A DNA stretch of 32,000 nt, from NCBI RefSeq assembly GCF_016592615.1, contig NZ_AP013043.1, positions 420,001 to 452,000 of the forward strand, given 5' to 3'. Within the stretch, counting starts at the first letter, position 1. Each line of letters starts with the position of its first letter. Under the pieces are notes generated by a model. That model did not search any database. It saw nothing but the letters and a program-made list of their open reading frames with translations, and was not told the DNA's origin. Origin of the DNA: Isorropodon fossajaponicum endosymbiont JTNG4 (GTDB lineage: Bacteria > Pseudomonadota > Gammaproteobacteria > PS1 > Pseudothioglobaceae). Of this stretch, positions 28,944 to 32,000 are shown piece by piece. The translations under genes and the position numbers were made by a program.

Positions 28944-29083
28944 TGACCTTAATTGATAAAATTGGTGCCATTGTGGCGATTGTTATATTTGTGTTATTAG
29001 CGATTGCTTATTTTTACGCTTTTAGACCAAAAAATAAGCAAAAATTTGAAGACTTGCGCAACTTTGTAAATGACAAAGATTGA
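28943..29083 (+). CDS. ccoQ: cbb3-type cytochrome c oxidase subunit CcoQ/FixQ
   Basis: Not in the ORF track. It is 46 aa ([46 protein letters not shown]) with a TAATG overlap on ccoO. It is single-TM with the FixQ-like YAFRPKNK tail. Confidence 0.7.
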   Translation: MTLIDKIGAIVAIVIFVLLAIAYFYAFRPKNKQKFEDLRNFVNDKD

Positions 29084-29100
29084 GTTAAGAGGAAAAAACA

Positions 29101-30003
29101 ATGAGTGAACATAAAAATCCATTCCCAGGTGAGAACAATACAGGACATTTTTGGGATGAAGAAAACGACATTAGAGAATTAAGTAATCGCCCACCAAGAT
29201 GGTACATGCTGTCTTTATATATTGGCACACTTGCTATTGTGATTTACACACTTTACTACCCAGCCATCCCCTGGTTTGGTGAGCACAACAAAGGCTTTGC
29301 CAATTGGACGCAAATTAGTGAAATGAATGAAAGCGTTGCTCAATTAGAGGCTTATCGTGAAAAAAGATTTGCCGATACTGAAAAAGCCATTGCTGAAAAA
29401 TCATTAGAAGAAATTGTACTTGATAATGAGTTAAGAACTTACGCTATTAAGACAGCTAAAGTTTTATTTGGCGATAATTGTGCAGCTTGTCATGGTGCAG
29501 CTGGTCAAGGAAATGTAGGCTTTCCTGTTTTGGCTGATGATGATTGGCTGTATGGCGGTAAGTTAGCACAGATTAGCACAACCATTACTAACGGTCGCAA
29601 AGGCAATATGCCAGCACGTATGCTAGGTATTTCAGATGCTGACGCAAGCACATTAGCCACTTTTTTAATTGAAACAGGCAAGGGCAAAAATGGCAATCCT
29701 GATCTAGCTTCTAAGGTCTTATATATGAGTAAGGGCTGTATTGCTTGTCATGGTCCTGATATGAAAGGCAATCAGTTATTAGGTGGTGCTAATTTAACTG
29801 ACGGCATTTATCGCTTTAAAGCAGACGATCAGCACGCATCAGTCGTGCGTACAATCTTACATGGTGTGGGTCAAGTAAATGATCCATTAACGCAAGACGC
29901 TGTTATGCCAGCATTTGGTCATTCAAGTGTTATTGATGCTATTCAAATTAAAAAACTTACTGTTTATGTGCACCAATTAGGTGGCGGTGTTGCTGTTAAA
30001 TAA
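29101..30003 (+). CDS. ccoP: cbb3-type cytochrome c oxidase subunit III (diheme)
   Basis: N-terminal FixP domain (WDEENDIRELSNRPPRWY), a TM helix and two heme sites, CAACHG and CIACHG. Confidence 0.93.
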   Translation: MSEHKNPFPGENNTGHFWDEENDIRELSNRPPRWYMLSLYIGTLAIVIYTLYYPAIPWFGEHNKGFANWTQISEMNESVAQLEAYREKRFADTEKAIAEKSLEEIVLDNELRTYAIKTAKVLFGDNCAACHGAAGQGNVGFPVLADDDWLYGGKLAQISTTITNGRKGNMPARMLGISDADASTLATFLIETGKGKNGNPDLASKVLYMSKGCIACHGPDMKGNQLLGGANLTDGIYRFKADDQHASVVRTILHGVGQVNDPLTQDAVMPAFGHSSVIDAIQIKKLTVYVHQLGGGVAVK

Positions 30004-30010
30004 AACGCTT

Positions 30011-30036
30011 AACGCCTCTACTATAAGGCGTTTTTT
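30011..30036 (+). terminator. rho-independent terminator of ccoNOQP
   Basis: aacgcct-N8-aggcgtt stem followed by tttt. Confidence 0.65.
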
Positions 30037-30094
30037 AATTTAAAAAATTATTTAAAAGCTCATTTATTTTTAAAATATTTATTAGCTTTGTAGG

Positions 30095-30100
30095 TATAAT
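30095..30100 (+). promoter_or_regulatory. candidate -10 hexamer (TATAAT) for the tRNA gene
   Basis: Perfect TATAAT 12 nt upstream of the tRNA 5' end. No convincing -35 element. Confidence 0.3.
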
Positions 30101-30112
30101 TTCCCCTTTAAT

Positions 30113-30194
30113 GCCGAAGTAGCACAGTTGGTAGTGGTAGTGCAACTGATTTGTAATCAGTAGGTCGCCAGTTCGAGTCCGGCCTTCGGCACCA
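30113..30194 (+). tRNA. tRNA-Thr(UGU), 82 nt with encoded CCA and an abnormal 14-nt D-loop
   Basis: Acceptor GCCGAAG/CTTCGGC; D stem GCAC/GTGC; anticodon arm ACTGA-TTTGTAA-TCAGT; T loop TTCGAGT. The D-loop reads AGTTGGTAGTGGTA and contains a tandem GGTAGT-GGTAGT. Confidence 0.8.
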
Positions 30195-30382
30195 TACAAA
30201 TCTAAACTAATAATAACCCCAGTTTCTACATCTCGTACTAAGATTATTGGCAGGTTTTTAGATGCCAAAACAGATTATCGACACATCTTTGAATTGGGTG
30301 GTGGTATTAATAATGGCTGGATTAGCAAAGGATTAAGCACCACTAAAGCGTTCACAAAACTAAAAAAACCTTGGTGGCAGTT

Positions 30383-31176
30383 TTGATAATAGCATCCAAC
30401 AGTGTTGGTATAGGATTAAGATATCAACACTTGGCGCAATTTGTTGATGAAAAGCCAGATATGGTTTGGTTAGAAGTGCATGCTGAGAATTTTTCTCTCA
30501 AGGTAAGCATACTTATCAATTGGATAAAATAGCGCAATATTACCCATTAAGTTTGCACGGTGTTGGGCTGTCTTTAGGCTCGTCTGATAAGTTGAATCAA
30601 AATCATTTAAACCAGTTGAAGCATACTATTAATAGGTATAAGCCAAAACTATTTTCCGAGCATTTGAGTTGGGGGAGTGTCAATGGTCAATATTTTAATG
30701 ATTTGTTGCCAATGTCTTATACAAGAGAAAGTTTAGCTCACTTTGTTGATAAAGTTAAGCAAACTCAGGATTATTTAGGTAGACAAATATTAATTGAAAA
30801 TCCTTCTTCTTATTTGCAATTTGGTGAATCTAAAACGAATGAATGGGATTTTTATGCCCAATTACCCGGCCTAACAGGTTGTGGGTTATTGCTTGATATT
30901 AATAATGTTTATGTCAGTTGTCAAAATTTTGGTTATGATGTATTTGATTACTTAAATGCTATTAATGGTGAGTATGTGGCTGAGATTCATCTAGCAGGGT
31001 ATACGATAAACGCTTATGAAAAAGGTGATGTTTATATTGACGATCACGGCTCTAAAGTGAGTGATCAGGTGTGGGACTTGTGCCAAAAAACCATTCAGAA
31101 GTTTGGTCAAAAACCTACCCTAATTGAGTAGGATAACAATATTCCAACTTTATCAGTTTTATTGCTGCTGAGTTGA
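30383..31176 (+). pseudogene. DUF692 / MNIO-family (MbnB/BufB-like) enzyme with a frameshift, an in-frame stop and a 3' deletion
   Basis: VGIGLRYQHLAQFVDEKPDMVWLEVHAENF is in frame 2. GKHTYQLDKIAQYYPLSLHGVGLSLGS...IHLAGY...DDHG...PTLIE is in frame 1, with the shift at the T5 run 30490-30494. A TAG at 31129-31131 sits where the family has the Trp of E-W-D. Confidence 0.75.
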
Positions 31177-31639
31177 TTCAGATTTATCGAAATCACTATA
31201 CGCTGAGTTTGATTGATGCACTTAAGGCAAGCTATAGTTGCGTGCTGCGTTTAGTAGGCGAAGATTTTTTCAAATTATTGGCAAAAAATTACATTAGTGT
31301 ATATCCACTTAGTGCTGGTTTTTTGCAAAATTATGGTCAGTTTTTTGCTCAATTTTTAAAAGGTTTTAAGCCTTGTAAGCCTTATCCATATTTAATTGAT
31401 ATCGCCTATTTTGAAAGGTATCATGAACAGTGCTACCATGTGACAATGCACAATTTTTAATACATTCTATTTATCCCATTATAGATATTTGGCAATTAAA
31501 TGAAAGCAGCGAAGATTTAAACCTTACAGAGCAAGCGCAGTATGTTTTAATAGCCAAGAGGAATTTAGAAGTTGTGGTTAGTAAAATAAGTCAGTCAGAT
31601 TTTTTAACACTAGGGGGAGAAAATGGAAAAATTACTTAA
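31173..31639 (+). pseudogene. DUF2063-family (BufC-like) protein, 5'-deleted and frameshifted
   Basis: It starts mid-domain at IYRNHYTLSLIDALKASYSCVLRLVGEDFFKLLAKNYISVYPLSAGFLQNYG. The C-terminal domain (FLIHSIYPIIDIWQLNE...) is in another frame, with the shift at about 31436-31445. Confidence 0.7.
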
Positions 31640-32000
31640 TTTATGTAATACAATCTTTGATTTATATAATACAGTTTTTAATAAAATTTATATATTTAGC
31701 AACGATTTTCTTAAATTATTTGTACGTCTTTATGTTGCAGATGCTTTTTTTCGTGCTGGCTGGATTAAACTTAATGCCTGGGATTCAACCTTGTATTTAT
31801 TTGAATCAGAATACAGCGTAACCCCTTATTCCTTGGAAGTTAGCAGCTTATTTAGGCACAGCAGCAGAGCTTGTTTTGCCCATATTTTTAGTGCTCGGAT
31901 TGGCAACACGTTTAACAGCACTTATGTTGTTTTTATTTAATATTATTGCAGTGGTATCTTATCCTGTTTTGTGGGAAGGTGGGTTTTATGATCATAAACT
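31623..32000 (+). pseudogene. DoxX-family membrane protein, frameshifted; 3' end lies outside the window
   Basis: RBS ggggag plus ATG at 31623. LFVRLYVADAFFRAGWIKLNAWDSTLYLFESEYSV is followed by LIPWKLAAYLGTAAELVLPIFLVLGLATRLTALMLFLFN in the next frame, with the shift at the C4 run 31822-31825. Confidence 0.7.

Noticed and set aside
30163-30187. A-C mismatch in the T stem of tRNA-Thr as a further defect
   Set aside because: As far as I remember, the same 52-62 pair is present in E. coli tRNA-Thr(UGU), so it is probably a normal feature of this isoacceptor. I cannot verify this here.
30035-30268. 77-aa minus-strand ORF
   Set aside because: It overlaps the tRNA-Thr gene and the ccoP terminator, so it is an artefact of the open antisense frame.
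30195-30400. tRNA-adjacent integrase or genomic island boundary
   Set aside because: No integrase-like ORF and no direct repeat of the tRNA 3' end is visible downstream within the window.

Overview
This is an AT-rich gammaproteobacterial chromosomal segment. Gene content and synteny suggest a small-genome chemoautotroph or symbiont (SUP05/Thiomicrospira-like), but that lineage call is inference only. About 24 kb of core genes are intact: ilvH'-ilvC-pssA-leuA, argF-argD, hpf, mgtE, an algC-type PMM/PGM, rseC, aceE, slyX, pnp, a complete aa3 oxidase cluster (coxB-coxA-small TM ORF-ctaG-coxC-DUF2909-SURF1) and, directly after it, the cbb3 oxidase operon ccoNOQP. Nearly every accessory gene is broken. 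queH has 2 frameshifts and a HopJ-family gene has 2 frameshifts. napD is frameshifted, and a 10-codon napA Tat-signal stub is cut off by an internally deleted IS911-like element. An IS407-like transposase fragment is fused to a SCO1/SenC gene that carries stop codons. The tRNA-Thr(UGU) has a 6-nt duplication in its D-loop. At the 3' end lies a fully decayed DUF692(MNIO)-DUF2063-DoxX bufferin-type RiPP operon. I found no intact novel system. The most interesting content is this selective decay of respiratory-accessory and copper-handling functions, plus a few small regulatory or structural oddities. All family calls come from motif recognition by eye and need HMM/BLAST confirmation.
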